Below are positions 45,672-57,619 of a stretch of DNA of 64,000 bases, piece after piece. The DNA comes from Macrostomum hystrix (Eukaryota; Animalia; Platyhelminthes): NCBI GenBank assembly GCA_950097015.1, contig CATNEN010000033.1, positions 4,712,001 through 4,776,000 on the forward strand, written 5' to 3'. Position numbers and translations under genes: made by a program. Numbering within the stretch: position 1 is the stretch's first letter; each line of letters starts with the position of its first letter. Under the pieces are notes generated by a model. The model did not search any database, was not told where the DNA came from, and worked only from the letters and a program-made list of their open reading frames with translations.

Positions 45672-48030
45672 ATGAGACTCAGAAGAAGCTGCAAGCCTTG
45701 GCTGGCCGCTCTGCTCATAGCTCAGATATGCAATGGCTGTCTTGTAACGGCTATCGACCTGAACAATATCAATGGTGTCAGCATTGGCACAGGGGGAGTC
45801 AGTTTGACTTCTGACTCTGGAAATATATTATATTATGAAGAGTGCAGCAGCTCCATCAGCACCTCCGGAGTCAAAGCTGGCTGCCAAAAACAATGGAAGC
45901 CGCTATTCTACGTCTGCGTGGTCGGTGGCAGTATTGCGGCACTGCTGATTGTCACCTGTTGCTGCTGCTGCTGCTGCTGCTGCCGCCGCTCTCGTGCTCC
46001 GGCGCAAACCACGGTGGGAATATGGTTTCTGAGATTGGGTTGTGAGTTCAGGTGCTTAGGACATTGTCATGTGTGATGAGAAATGGGGTGTATGAGATAG
46101 GATGTGTGAGATAGGGTGTGTGAGATAGGGTGTGTGAGATAGGGTGTGTGAGATAGGGTGTGTGATAAAGGGTGTGTGAGATAAGGGTGTGTAAGATAGG
46201 GTGTATGAGATAGGATGTGTGAGATAGGGTGTGTGAGATAGGGTGTGTGAGATAGGGTGTGTGAGATAGGGTGTGTGAGATAGGATGTGTGAGATAGGGT
46301 GTGTGAGATAGGGTGTGTGAGATAGGGTGTGTGAGATAGGGTGTGTGAGATAGGGTGTGTGACAAAGGGTGTGTGAGATAAGGGTGTGTAAGATAGGGTG
46401 TAAAATAGGGTGTGTGAGATAGGGTGTGTGAGATAAAAAAGTATTATATCATTGTTTACAGGAGGTCTGTGGGCACTGACAAATTGTTGGGCGCCGGTAC
46501 CTTGCGAGGAGGCAATTTTTCCCATTCCGCTGACTCCTGAGCACACATATGCCATATACGGTGGCGCACACTCTGCACAGGTGTGTACATTCGCCCTGAC
46601 TTTCTCATCGTCAGGCAGTATATTCCACTTTCACTGGGCCTTAGAATTTGGCCCGTGTGTGAGATAAGGGTGTGTGATAAAGGGTGTGTGAGATAGGGTG
46701 TGTGAGATAGGGTGTGTGAGATAAGGGTGTGTGAGATAAGGGTGTGTGATAAAGGGTGTGTGATAAAGGGTGTGTGATAAAGGGTGTGTGAGATAAGGGT
46801 GTGTGATAAAGGGTGTGTGATAAAGGGTGTGTGATAAAGGGTGTGTGAGATAAGGGTGTGTGATAAAGGGTGTGTGATAAAGGGTGTGTAAGATAAGGGT
46901 GTGTGAGATAGTGTGTGTGATAAAGGGTGTGTGAGATAGGGTGTGTGAGTGATAGGGTGAGTGAGATAAGGGTGTGTGATAAAGGGTGTGTGAGATTGGG
47001 TTTGTGAGATAAGGGTGTGTGATAAGGGTGTGTGATAAAGGGTGTGTGATAAAGGGTGTGTAAGATAAGGGTGTGTGAGATAGTGTGTGTGATAAAGGGT
47101 GTGTGAGATAGGGTGTGTGAGTGATAGGGTGCGTGAGATAGTGTGTGTGATAAAGGGTGTGTGAGATAGGGTGTGTGAGATAGGGTGTGTGAGATAAGGG
47201 TGTGTGAGATAAGGGTGTGTGAGATAAGGGTGTGTGATAAAGGGTGTGTGAGATTGGGTGTGTGATAAAGGGTGTGTGAGATAGTGTGTGTGATAAAGGG
47301 TGTGTGAGATAGTGTGTGATAAAGGGTGTGTGAGATAAGGGTGTGTGATAAAGGGTGTGTGATAAAGGGTGTGTGAGATAAGGGTGTGTGATAAAGGGTG
47401 TGTGAGATAGTGTGTGTGATAAAGGGTGTGTGAGAGAGGGTGTGTGAGATAAGGGTGTGTGATAAAGGGTGTGTGAGATAGTGTGTGTGATAAAGGGTGT
47501 GTGAGATAGTGTGTGTGATAAAGGGTGTGTGAGATAAGGGTGTGTGAGATAAGGGTGTGTGATAAAGGGTGTGTGAGATAGTGTGTGTGATAAAGGGTGT
47601 GTGAGATAGGGTGTGTGAGTGATAGGGTGTGTGAGATAAGGGTGTGTGATAAAGGGTGTGTGAGATAAGGGTGTGTGAGATAAGTGTGTGTGATAAAGGG
47701 TGTGTGAGATAGGGTGTGTGAGATAAGGGTGTGTGAGATAGGGTGTGTGAGATAAGGGTGTGTGATAAAGGGTGTGTGCCAAAGGGTGTGTGAGATAAGG
47801 GTGTGTAAGATAGGGTGTGTGAGATAGGGTGTGTGAGATAGGGTGTGTGAGATAGGGTGTGTGAGATAGGGTGTTTGTATTGAAAGTGATAGTTTTAATT
47901 ACGAGCTATAACATTTACTGATGTTTTACAGAGCGCTGCCCAGTCGCATATCGTCATAATGGGCGGTGGACTGCCGACCCAGCTAGAGCAACAGCAGCCG
48001 CAGCCGCCGCCTCCGCCGCCAAAATACTAA
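45672..48030 (+). CDS. Small type I membrane protein B, paralog of A: two-Cys ectodomain, TM, 9xCys, C-terminal PPKY (~146 aa)
   Basis: Exon 45672-46013 (YYEEC-x12-CQKQWKPLFYVCVVGG matches A). The only phase-0 donor seen is a weak GTGGGA at 46014. Acceptor TTTTACAG at 47931, then exon 47932-48030 SAAQSHIVIMGGGLPTQLEQQQPQPPPPPPKY. The exon join is inferred. Confidence 0.72.
46085..47875. repeat. 15/16-bp minisatellite (GTGTGTGAGATA[A]GG)n in two blocks (46085-46436, 46655-47875), intronic
   Basis: Visible tandem units interrupted by a SINE fragment. Confidence 0.94.
46490..46655 (-). mobile_element. Headless SINE fragment inside the minisatellite
   Basis: GAGGAGGCAATT..CCCATTCCGCTGACTCCTGAGCACAC...CCCTGACTTTCTCATCGTCAGGCAG matches the SINE body. 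Confidence 0.75.
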
Positions 48031-48267
48031 ATTTAAGTTTTAAAATTGACCGTTTTCCTGGTTGAGCTTGTAACCATTGATATTGATACATTTAGAACTT
48101 CGCTCGTTCGAGCGTACTCGTAATAAACGTTTGGACCGATTAAACTACTTCTCAAACTAACACTTTCAATTAAAGTAATATTAAAACGTGCCGATTTCAA
48201 AATAAATATACTCATAAAAATCGTTGGTTACAAAGCCACAGGCTGATGTCTCAGCTGATCAGCTGAT

Positions 48268-49068
48268 GTGGTCATCAGAGCAAGTGTCTCAGTTGATGTG
48301 GTCCTCAGAGCTAGTGTCTCAAAAGATGTGGTCCTCAGAGCTAGTGTCTCAATTGATGTGGTCCTCAGAGCTAGTGTCTCAATTGATGTGGTCCTCAGAG
48401 CTAGTGTCTCAATTGATGTGGTCCTCAGAGCTAGTGTCTCAAAAGATGTGGTCCTCAGAGCTAGTGTGTCAGTTGATGTGGTCCTCAGAGCTAGTGTCTC
48501 AAAAGATGTGGTCCACAGAGCTAGTGTCTCAATTGATGTGGTCCTGAGAGCTAGTGTCTCAATTGATGTGGTCCTGAGAGCTAGTGTCTCAGTTGATGTG
48601 GTCTTCAGAGCTAGTGTCTCAATTGATGTAGTCCTGAGAGCTAGTGTCTCAAAAGATGTGGTCCTCAGAGCTAGTGTCTCAATTGATGTGGTCCTCAGAG
48701 CTAGTGTCTCAATTGATGTGGTCCTCAGAGCTAGTGTCTCAGTTGATGTGGTCCTGAGAGCTAGTGTCTCAGTTGATGTGGTCCTCAGAGCTAGTGTCTC
48801 AGTTGATGTGGTCCTGAGAGCTAGTGTGTCAGTTGATGTGGTCCTCAGAGCTAGTGTCTCAATTGATGTGGTCCTGAGAGCTAGTGTCTCAGTTGATGTG
48901 GTCCTGAGAGCTAGTGTCTCAATTGATGTGGTCCTGAGAGCTAGTGTCTCAAAAGATGTGGTCCTCAGTGCGAGTGTCTCAATTGATGTGGTCCTGAGAG
49001 CTAGTGTCTCAATTGATGTGGTCCTGAGAGCTAGTGTCTCAATTGAGGTGGTCCTGAGAGCTAGAATT
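48268..49068. repeat. 30-bp minisatellite (GTCCTCAGAGCTAGTGTCTCAATTGATGTG)n
   Basis: About 27 units. Confidence 0.95.
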
Positions 49069-49349
49069 ATTTAAAAGCTTTTTGGAAGAGCGGTGCCTTC
49101 TCCCACCTCATTAATGGCAGCAAAGCTCTATGTCAAGAGCCGGGTAGGACATTATCGACCCGGGAACAGACCTTGCAGTTTTTCATAAGCTAGCAACTCT
49201 GCCGGTCACTATCTGTATTGAATAGGGGCTCGCATATAAGACAAAACGAACGCGTATACGTGCATATAACAGACAAGCAAGACTGCTGCATTTCTAGAAA
49301 TCGGTTCATATCCTCAATGTAAGTGCTCATTGTCTCAATCAGAAGATTA

Positions 49350-49665
49350 GATCACAGACAGCAGATCACAGACAGCAGATCACAGACAGCAGATCACAGA
49401 CAGCAGATCACAGACAGCAGATCATAGACAGCAGATCACAGACAGCAGATCACAGACAGCAGATCACAGACAGCGGATCACAGACAGCAGATCATAGACA
49501 GCAGATCACAGACAGCAGATCACAGACAGCAGATCACAGACAGCAGATCACAGACAGCAGATCACAGACAGCAGATCATAGACAGCAGATCACAGACAGC
49601 AGATCACAGACAGCGGATCACAGACAGCAGATCACAGACAGCAGATCACAGACAGCGGATCACAG
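49350..49665. repeat. 14-bp minisatellite (CAGACAGCAGATCA)n in a probable 5' UTR intron
   Basis: About 22 units between donor GTAAGT at 49319 and acceptor TTTTCAG at 49688. Confidence 0.93.
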
Positions 49666-49709
49666 TAGATCACTCGATCTATTTTCAGGTTTCTAGGCCA
49701 GACGACAAG

Positions 49710-50021
49710 ATGCTGCTGCTGCTGCTGTTGTCGCTTTCAACGCTTTCAGCCAGTTTCCCCGATGTCTCACAGCGTGAAAGTCCATCGAGCTTTGACCTCT
49801 CTGCAGCATCTAGACCTAATTATCAGGAGGAGGAATCTTTTCTGATATACAACTGCTTCGACACGGGAAAATCTCAGGGCTTACAATTCAAAACGGACTG
49901 CGTTCGGAATTTCACTTTTGTGTCCTTCATCTTCGCACTGGCTGCCATTCTGCTTGCCATCTATGTGACCCTATTTTTTGTGAACTGTTGTTGCTACTGC
50001 TGCTGCTGTTGCTGCTTCTAA
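49710..50021 (+). CDS. Small type I membrane protein C: two-Cys ectodomain, TM, terminal poly-Cys (103 aa)
   Basis: ATG after a splice acceptor; signal MLLLLLLSLSTLSAS; YNC-x14-C; TM FVSFIFALAAILLAIYVTLFFV; ends NCCCYCCCCCCF. Confidence 0.75.
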   Translation: MLLLLLLSLSTLSASFPDVSQRESPSSFDLSAASRPNYQEEESFLIYNCFDTGKSQGLQFKTDCVRNFTFVSFIFALAAILLAIYVTLFFVNCCCYCCCCCCF

Positions 50022-50149
50022 CGAAATAACTGAAGACCTAAATTAACTGAAAAACAATCAAAAACTGTCTCGTTTCTCAGCCGGTGTTCGGGTCTACTCG
50101 TTTTACTGGATAGACATACTTTATACCAAATTTTTTAAAGTAAGCCCGA

Positions 50150-50828
50150 CCCTTGACCCTAACTCACCTGGCCTTTAACCCCAACTCACCTGGCCTTTAA
50201 CCCCAACTCACCTGGCCTTTAACCCCAACTCACCTGGCCTTTAACCCCAACTCACCTGGCCTTTAACCCCAACTCACCTGGCCTTTAACCCCAACTCACC
50301 TGGCCTTTAACCCCAACTCACCTGGCCTTTAACCCCAACTCAAATGGCCTTTAACCCCAACTCACCTGCCTTTAACCCCAACTCACCTGCCTTTAACCCC
50401 AACTCATATGGCCTTTAACCCCAACTCACCTGCCTTTAACCCCAACTCACCTGGCCTTTAACCCCAACTCAAATGGCCTTTAACCCCAACTCACCTGCCT
50501 TTAACCCCAACTCACCTGGCCTTTAACCCCAACTCACCTGGCCTTTAACCCCAACTCACCTGGCCTTTAACCCCAACTCACCTGGCCTTTAACCCCAACT
50601 CACCTAGCCTTTAACCCCAACTCACCTGGCCTTTAACCCCAACTCACCTGGCCTTTAACCCCAACTCACCTGGCCTTTAACCCCAAATCACCTGGCCTTT
50701 AACCCCAACTCAAATGGCCTTTGACCCCAACTCACCTGCCTTTAACCCCAACTCACCTGGTCTTTAACCCTAACTCACCTGGCCTTTAACCCCAACTCAC
50801 CTGGCCTTTAACCCCAACTCATATGGCC
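50150..50828. repeat. 22-bp minisatellite (AACCCCAACTCACCTGGCCTTT)n
   Basis: About 30 units. Confidence 0.95.
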
Positions 50829-51278
50829 TTTCTTGACTCATCGTTGAAAGCCTTGGAACCCGACCCTTATAAGCTCATTCCCTACCTGTTGGAAATGGTT
50901 TCCATGTACTCGTACGAGTCGTCGCACTCATTGTTCTCACATTGTTCACGCCTTTCCGACGAAGAAAAAAATCAGATTTTAACGAAAAGTTTTCGCAAGC
51001 CAGTTTTTTGCTTTCATTTGCTTTTAACAAAATACGAGCTAAGACTTGGCGCACCCATACCTGGCTTTCGAAGGATAATTAGCATAGCCTTATCAGCTCT
51101 AATTTGAATTTACTGGACCGGACATCGAGGCTGCGACCAGCATGCGGCTCTCAGGTTGTTTTCCAAGCGAGATACTTGCAACTCGATACCCCAAAACCAA
51201 CTAATTATATTTAAAAAGATCTAGAGATGAGAGCAGCACTAGCAAGAGTTGAGGGCAGCTGGAACGTACCTCGGCATC

Positions 51279-53003
51279 ATGCCATCGAAGAGCTGGCGAA
51301 ATCTATTTCTAGTCTTCGTCACGAGCATCTGCATCGCAGCCTCTGTGCAGCCACAGAAGCAACAGCAGCAGCAACAAGATCAACAAGAGGAAGAGAACCC
51401 TGAAGTAATGTACCTCACACTGGAGAACCTTAGCAATGGGAGTCTTTGCTGCCGGCTGAACGACACCTCAGCCAGCCGACTTGTCGACTGCACGGGCTGC
51501 GGCCTAAGACATGTGCCGCTGCTGCATCCGGATCTTCGGCCTGACGCTCTGCTCCTCGCCAGAAACCGCATCCGGGCGCTGATGCCCGGCACCTTCGTCA
51601 ACGCCAGCGGACTACGCCGACTTGACCTGTCGGCGAATGCCCGGCTGGCGCGCCTTCCAGCCGGCTGTCTGGCCGGCGCTGCTGACAGCCTCTTAGAGCT
51701 GGACCTCAGCGACACCGGACTGTCCGACTCCGCCTGCGAAGGTCTCGAAGGTCTGCGGCATCTGCGCCGACTCCGAATGGCCGGACTGCGCCAGCTGGAT
51801 TCGCTGCCCGCCCAGCTGGCTGGCCTGCCGAAGCTGCTGGAGTTGGACGTCTCGGATGGCGGCCTGTCGGTAATCCGGGCCGGTGATTTCCCACCTGTGT
51901 GGAAGCTGGAATCACTCAGGCTGACTCGAACCCAGGTCTACTGGCTCGAGGCTGCTGCGTTTGATCCGTTGAGAGACAGCCTGCGGCAGCTGGAGATCTC
52001 AGCGCCAACCCTGGGCCGAACGCTGGTGAAGGAGGGCGGTTCGGTATTTTCCGGCGCCTGGAACCACGTGCTGCGTCGACTGCCAAAACTGAACAGCCTG
52101 CTTCTCAGTTCCCACCCACCTGTGTTGAATTGCACAGAAGGCGACAGAGTCAAGGGACTCCCTGATCACATGGCCTGGCTAGCAGTGTTGCCGTTGCGCA
52201 GCCTGCGGCGACTCGTTCTGGACGGTAATTGTCTAAGCAGAGCTCCGCCCAGCTTGGGCCGCGAACTACTGCCTGAGTTGCGTGAGCTCAGCCTGGCTGG
52301 CAACCCATTTGTCTGCGTCTGCGGCACAGCGTCCTCTCTCATTCCACCTGTCGGTGTGTCGGGAATCGTCTGTGCGACCTTGGAGGCGATGCTGCTAGGA
52401 CATGTGGATCCCTGCCCCACTCTTCGCCAGCCAGCAACTCCAGCGCCCGTGTTACAGTCGCCTCAGCCGCCCTCGCAACCGCATGCGGGACTAATTATTG
52501 CCACATCCATTGTGACTAGTCTGACCTTCCTGGCTGCAGTGGCAGTTGCTGCTGTCATTGTCTATTATCGGAAATTCGCCGTAGCTGCATCCTCAGCAAT
52601 CTCTGTGGCAGCCTCGAGTGAGACCAAGCAGATCGCAGTCTACGCCGAGTACGAAAGACCCATTGCTGGTGGGTCCAGCTCAGGAGTTGGTGGCGACGCC
52701 TACGAGGTGCTCAATGAGCCATCACTGCCGCCACCGCTTCCTATGCCGACCAGGACAGCTCGTCGCTTCTTTCGTCGGAGCGAGCGACCTCAAGCCACTG
52801 CGAATGACGAGCAGCCGCCGGCCCCGCCACCTCCGCTGCCGCCTCGCCCGCCAGCCGCTCCAGCCGCGCCACCGCCGCGACAATGTCCCAAAACTGTCCC
52901 AAAACCTTTTGGGACTGGCGCTGGAGGCATTGAAAACGCAGCTTACACGCCTGCAGATGACAAAGCCACCTCCGATACTCTGCTCATTGTTGCTCAATTC
53001 TAA
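51279..53003 (+). CDS. Single-exon leucine-rich-repeat transmembrane receptor (574 aa), no TIR
   Basis: ATG at 51279; signal peptide; LRR-NT (CCR..VDCTGCGLRHVP); multiple LxxLxLxxN-type repeats; LRR-CT NPFVCVC; TM; tail with YAEY, YEVL, poly-Pro and NAAY. Confidence 0.9.
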   Translation: MPSKSWRNLFLVFVTSICIAASVQPQKQQQQQQDQQEEENPEVMYLTLENLSNGSLCCRLNDTSASRLVDCTGCGLRHVPLLHPDLRPDALLLARNRIRALMPGTFVNASGLRRLDLSANARLARLPAGCLAGAADSLLELDLSDTGLSDSACEGLEGLRHLRRLRMAGLRQLDSLPAQLAGLPKLLELDVSDGGLSVIRAGDFPPVWKLESLRLTRTQVYWLEAAAFDPLRDSLRQLEISAPTLGRTLVKEGGSVFSGAWNHVLRRLPKLNSLLLSSHPPVLNCTEGDRVKGLPDHMAWLAVLPLRSLRRLVLDGNCLSRAPPSLGRELLPELRELSLAGNPFVCVCGTASSLIPPVGVSGIVCATLEAMLLGHVDPCPTLRQPATPAPVLQSPQPPSQPHAGLIIATSIVTSLTFLAAVAVAAVIVYYRKFAVAASSAISVAASSETKQIAVYAEYERPIAGGSSSGVGGDAYEVLNEPSLPPPLPMPTRTARRFFRRSERPQATANDEQPPAPPPPLPPRPPAAPAAPPPRQCPKTVPKPFGTGAGGIENAAYTPADDKATSDTLLIVAQF

Positions 53004-54562
53004 CTCAGCTCGCAAGAACTTCGATTTCTAAATGCGAGAGTAATAACTGAGCGACTAAAGGACAGTGCAATGACAAGACTGAATGCGCGGGGTCGACATG
53101 ATGACCGAATAATTTCTCTGACATAAGTCATTAGCCATCATTGTGTCTGGATCCTGGGGTCACAAAGACCATTGTTTCTGTGGGCGTTCTGTCTTAGATC
53201 TGTCTTAGATACCGATTCTGTATTCTTCAGCTACTGGCAACAGCAGCAGAAATGTATTGAAAAAATGCTTTTGTTTTTTTCCTAGGCTTCACAGCGATGC
53301 CATTTTCTTTAATAATTATTTTCCACTTCTAATACGAGTATACATTGTATTCATAAAACCAATACATAGGCAGAATGTTTGTGATCCAGCATAACTACTT
53401 GTGCACAATTACGGCTGCTCTCTAATTTCTCGTTTCTCCAGCATAGCGTTTCGCTTATCCACATATGCGATATCCACAAGTGAAACTGCGCATTAAATGT
53501 ATGACCCACATCCACTGTTTGCATATTAGAAACAATATTACGAGTATATGGAGTTTCACTTCTGTTTACACTGGATCATACCACTCTCAACCGCAAAACC
53601 CTATTCCCATGCCATATGTTCGTACAATTAGTGAGTCCGCGATGGTACACATGTCACTTCACGTGTTCTGAATGTAACTTTTAGATCTTGTCAATTTGCA
53701 AATAAAAATTCAACAGCAAATTCAATATCGGCTTCATGTTTCTTTTCTGAACAGCCTAAAACTCAGAACACACCCTGTTAGAGCACTGCTTTGAGAAGGG
53801 ACCTTACTTTACTTGCAGTTAGTCTAAGTAGTGCAAAACGTATTTGGACAACTGTAGAATAACGGTAGTGTAGTATACATGCATTACACTTGTCCTGGAA
53901 GTAAGAAAAACTCTCTTTGCATTAGTAGAAATCAATTTTCAAGCAGACGCGGCTGACACGGCAGAAATTTTAGCGCTGCGTCAACAAACCCGAAATAAGT
54001 CGTTAACTGGAACAGCTAAAACTGACCGAGAGCATAGGATCAGCTCTATCTAAAATTTTCTGGCAACAGCCAAAACAAGCAAGTTATGTGGGCAACTGTG
54101 GGAGCATTTTATACAAAACAATAGAAAATTATTACAATTACCACAAAAAACTCAATTGAAGTTTAGAACAGTTTGATATCAATGCTCAGTCACAATAAGT
54201 GCTCATTGAGTGCAAGCCGCTGTTTTAATAGACAAGGGTGCAATACAATCCCATCTGCTAAATATAGCTCTAAACCTAATAGATACAAATAGCGCGTCTA
54301 GTTCCAGCCATGTTTGTAGACACACGAGCAGAATCACGTTGGTACAATAGCTGCTGTTTGACAATTATTTTCACTGCCATTCTTTGTTCCACTTGTTAAG
54401 GGATAAAATGACTTGCAGTTATGCATTAATCAGCGAACGAACACAAGGAGTACTAATAATAAACAACCCTGATAGCAAATTTGTTACTATTGCCAAAAAA
54501 GATCAGTGATTAAATGTTCAGTTCAAAAAGAAATGTTGATAACAAAATACCAAATCCGCCGC

Positions 54563-57219
54563 CTATTGAATAGTCGGAGTTGTGGAAATTGTAGCTGGGT
54601 TAGTAGTGTAAAACTGCACGTTGTTCTCCGCGTCCGACCTCACGTACACGGCGTACAGCTTCGGCGCGAACAGGATGGAGAGCAGCAGCGCGTGGGTGAG
54701 GCTGCACGAGAACGCGAGTAGCAGCATCGCGGTGGTCAGCGAGTTGGCCGTGAGGGCGGACGGAACGAAGGCGGACCACAAGAAGAGGCCGGAAACTCCG
54801 CTGGCCAAGATGCACTTTGTGTCGTGAAAGTTGTCGGGCAGAGATCGCGTCTTCAGCGACAGGCCGCAGGTGACAGTCAGGATGAGCAGGTTGCAGCACA
54901 GCGGCGTCCAGAACGCCGTGGCCGCGATCGCGCAGTTCCTCTCGACGAACGGCGGCTTCAGAGAATCTGTCACGATTTGGTTGAGCTGCGCTCTGAGCGG
55001 TCGGAGTGTCGTCACCACGGTGAGCAGAGCGCACTGCAACAGATCATTCGAATGACCTACAATGAAACTGATTCAGCAGGATTACTGCTCAAGTGCTGAT
55101 GTGCGAAAAGACTCACCATCCCAAGGATAACAGTTGTCAGCGCGATGAGCATCGGCTTCTGTCTGGCGAGCCATGGAACCGGACGACCCATCGTGGACGC
55201 AGAGAAAATCAGGTGAACTCGCAGAGTCTTCACCAACTGACTGGCGTAGCAGGCGCTCAGACTGAGCTGGAACGAGCAGTTCAGAGCGTTGCACACTGCA
55301 TCGGAGCTGTCCGCTGTGAACAGAGCCAGACACACAATGCCCAGTAGGTTGCCGCTCATGCAGGTGACGGACAGGTGAATCGACGAGGCCTTGATGAGCT
55401 TGTGCTCTCGTTGGTTGATGAACATGGCCGAAACAATGAGCAGGAAAATCAACAGCACTGCGAGACTAGCAAGCAGCAACGGAAACTGCATGCCGTCTCG
55501 CCACACGTACACCGAGATCGGGTCGCAGCTCAGTCGGTCTGCACTGGGCCAGTGGAACTCGGGACACGACAAGCACGACCTGCCGTCGACGGACACGACC
55601 TCCTGCTTGAAGCAGGCCTTGCATGTGAAGCAGCAGGCGTCAGTGTCAAGTCTGATCTCACCCGCACTGCGTGGAGCACTGCAGAATGAGCTCGGCACCC
55701 TCTGCTGCAGTTGGTGCGGGTCCCAGCTCGAGTTTCTCCACCAACGGATTGGTGTGAGGTCCGAGCCGGTCAGCACAAGACCCGAGCTCTCCGTCCACGT
55801 CCCGACCTTCGTCAGTCGACCGTCCGGCTGCTCTTGACGAACCTCGTACGCCGGAGATCCATCACCATTGGCATCGAAGCTCACGTTTCCAGTTCGCATG
55901 AACGGGAAGCTGGAATTCGACAACAGCCTCATCACCTTCTGACCGGTGACGCACGCACTCACGGCCGTGACGTTCGGCCACACGTCGGCGCAGTCGATGA
56001 TGGCCACTCTCTCGATGCATGCGACCAGGATGCTGATCGAGTCAAGCAGTCTGGCTACCGGAGCCACCACCGTGTCCGTCGACACGCTCGACTTGTCTCC
56101 GATTCGACAGCTTCCAGTTGAGCAGCATGCGGCTGCTTCCTCGGTTGAGCAGTTAAAGAGCAGTCTGAGCAGACGGTCTCCCCATGGGAATCCGAGAACC
56201 TCGCTTGCATTGAGTGAGTGGTAGAACCGGATGAAGTCGGGTGTGGCGAACGATGGAAAGGAGATATAGAGGGCGCCTAAAGTGTAGTGCTTGAACCGAT
56301 CGGAGTTCGTGTCAGAAGTCACGATAACTCCTTTCTGGTTATAAATTTCTCTTAAAATGAGCTCCGGGACGTGCTCGAACAATTCGTACACTAGGAATGC
56401 TTTGAGGCTTGGCTTCTGCCGAATCATTTGCACGACTTCGTCGACGGAAGTGAATGTGTTGATGGCTGTCACAAAGGCAATGCAGATGCTAGCGTTGGTT
56501 CCAGGTAACCGGGCGTTTTGCAGCAAAAGTCTGGTGCTTTGAAGGAGACCACGACCGTACACATCGTCTCTGTAGACGATTGCTAGGTAAGTCCAGTTGA
56601 GGTGCATCACGAGATCGACAGCTGTTTTGGCCTGATAGCTGTCCGGTGGCACCAGCCGGTAGACATTGGGAAACTGTGTCTTGTCGGACAGTGCATCACT
56701 GCTGGCCTCGGTGGCTAATTGCGGCAGGCCATGCGAAGACACCAGGGTGGACAAGAGCTGGGTTGTGCTGCTGTACCAGCCAGCGGCCAGAGCATGGACG
56801 GGGTAAAAGTTTTCACTAAGGATCGGTATCGTCAAATTGCAAAGCGATGTGGGACTCAGACCCGAGTCCCAGATTGGTCTCAAACGCTTCGCTAGGCTCA
56901 CAGTGGCTTGCTGCATCAGACAGGTGTCCAGGAACACCAAGCCAAGCAACTGATCCGCAACAGGTGCTGCCGGTAGAGTGCTTTTCAATCGAGTATTTGC
57001 CCGCTTGACGGCGTAGAACGGCGCAACGGAGCGAAGGAACTCCAGCTCTGAGATAGCGTAGCTGGACACCTGGCACTGGTAGCGGGAGGTCTGCACCACA
57101 GCCAGGCTGAACATGCTTCCATGGTGGCAGGCGATCTGCTGCTTCTGCAGCTGCTGTCCAGATAAGCAGCACAATGTACCGAGCAGAACCCACTGGCCTG
57201 CGCAAGATCGCCAAGACAT
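54563..57219 (-). CDS. Class C GPCR (metabotropic glutamate receptor-like), copy 1, 2 exons, ~857 aa
   Basis: Exons 57219-55117 and 55033-54563 with an 83-nt phase-0 intron GTGAGT..TTGCAG. Signal peptide; Venus flytrap motifs (LSDKTQFPNVYRLVPPDSYQAK, FDANGDG); Cys-rich CCFTCKAC..CLSC; 7TM with KTRSLPDNFHDTK and LFAPKLY. Confidence 0.92.
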
Positions 57220-57619
57220 CGTGTTAGCAAAAGTCTAAACCTGTTTGCTTTTCTATTTGCTATCTAAAGCTTAGTTATTGGATGTCTAATCATTTGGTGA
57301 GAGGAAAACTTTCGGTCAGAACTTCACCCAGGGGATATATGTCTTCTGAAATGGAATGGAATCGGTCGATATGAGGATTCCCTCCACCTGAGTGGTGGGG
57401 AAGAGACATCAGCCTATGAAACGGCAGATGCTGTTTAATTCTACTGTTGACTAGCTCCTGCAATTACCTTTATTTGTTTTTTTCAGCACGAAGCATTTAT
57501 GTTATTGGTTTCCCTTGATCTTTTCCTTTTGTCTTAACTACCATGAATACCGAATGAATTTTGAAGAAGGTTGAGTGAAGCAAATATTTTTACTGCTTTA
57601 ATATATGTGTGATGGAATA

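Noticed and set aside
43466-47782. Multiple overlapping ORFs (PPQQQRTNV, HTLSHTPY etc.)
   Set aside because: Minisatellite translations; the 46-47.9 kb arrays lie in the inferred intron of gene B.
48268-49074. 268-aa (VVLRASVSID)n ORF
   Set aside because: Starts at GTG inside a 30-bp array; it is open only because the unit length is a multiple of 3.
50150-50828. Telomeric repeat (TTAACCCC-like)
   Set aside because: The word is only part of a 22-bp unit and is not a tandem telomere hexamer or octamer.
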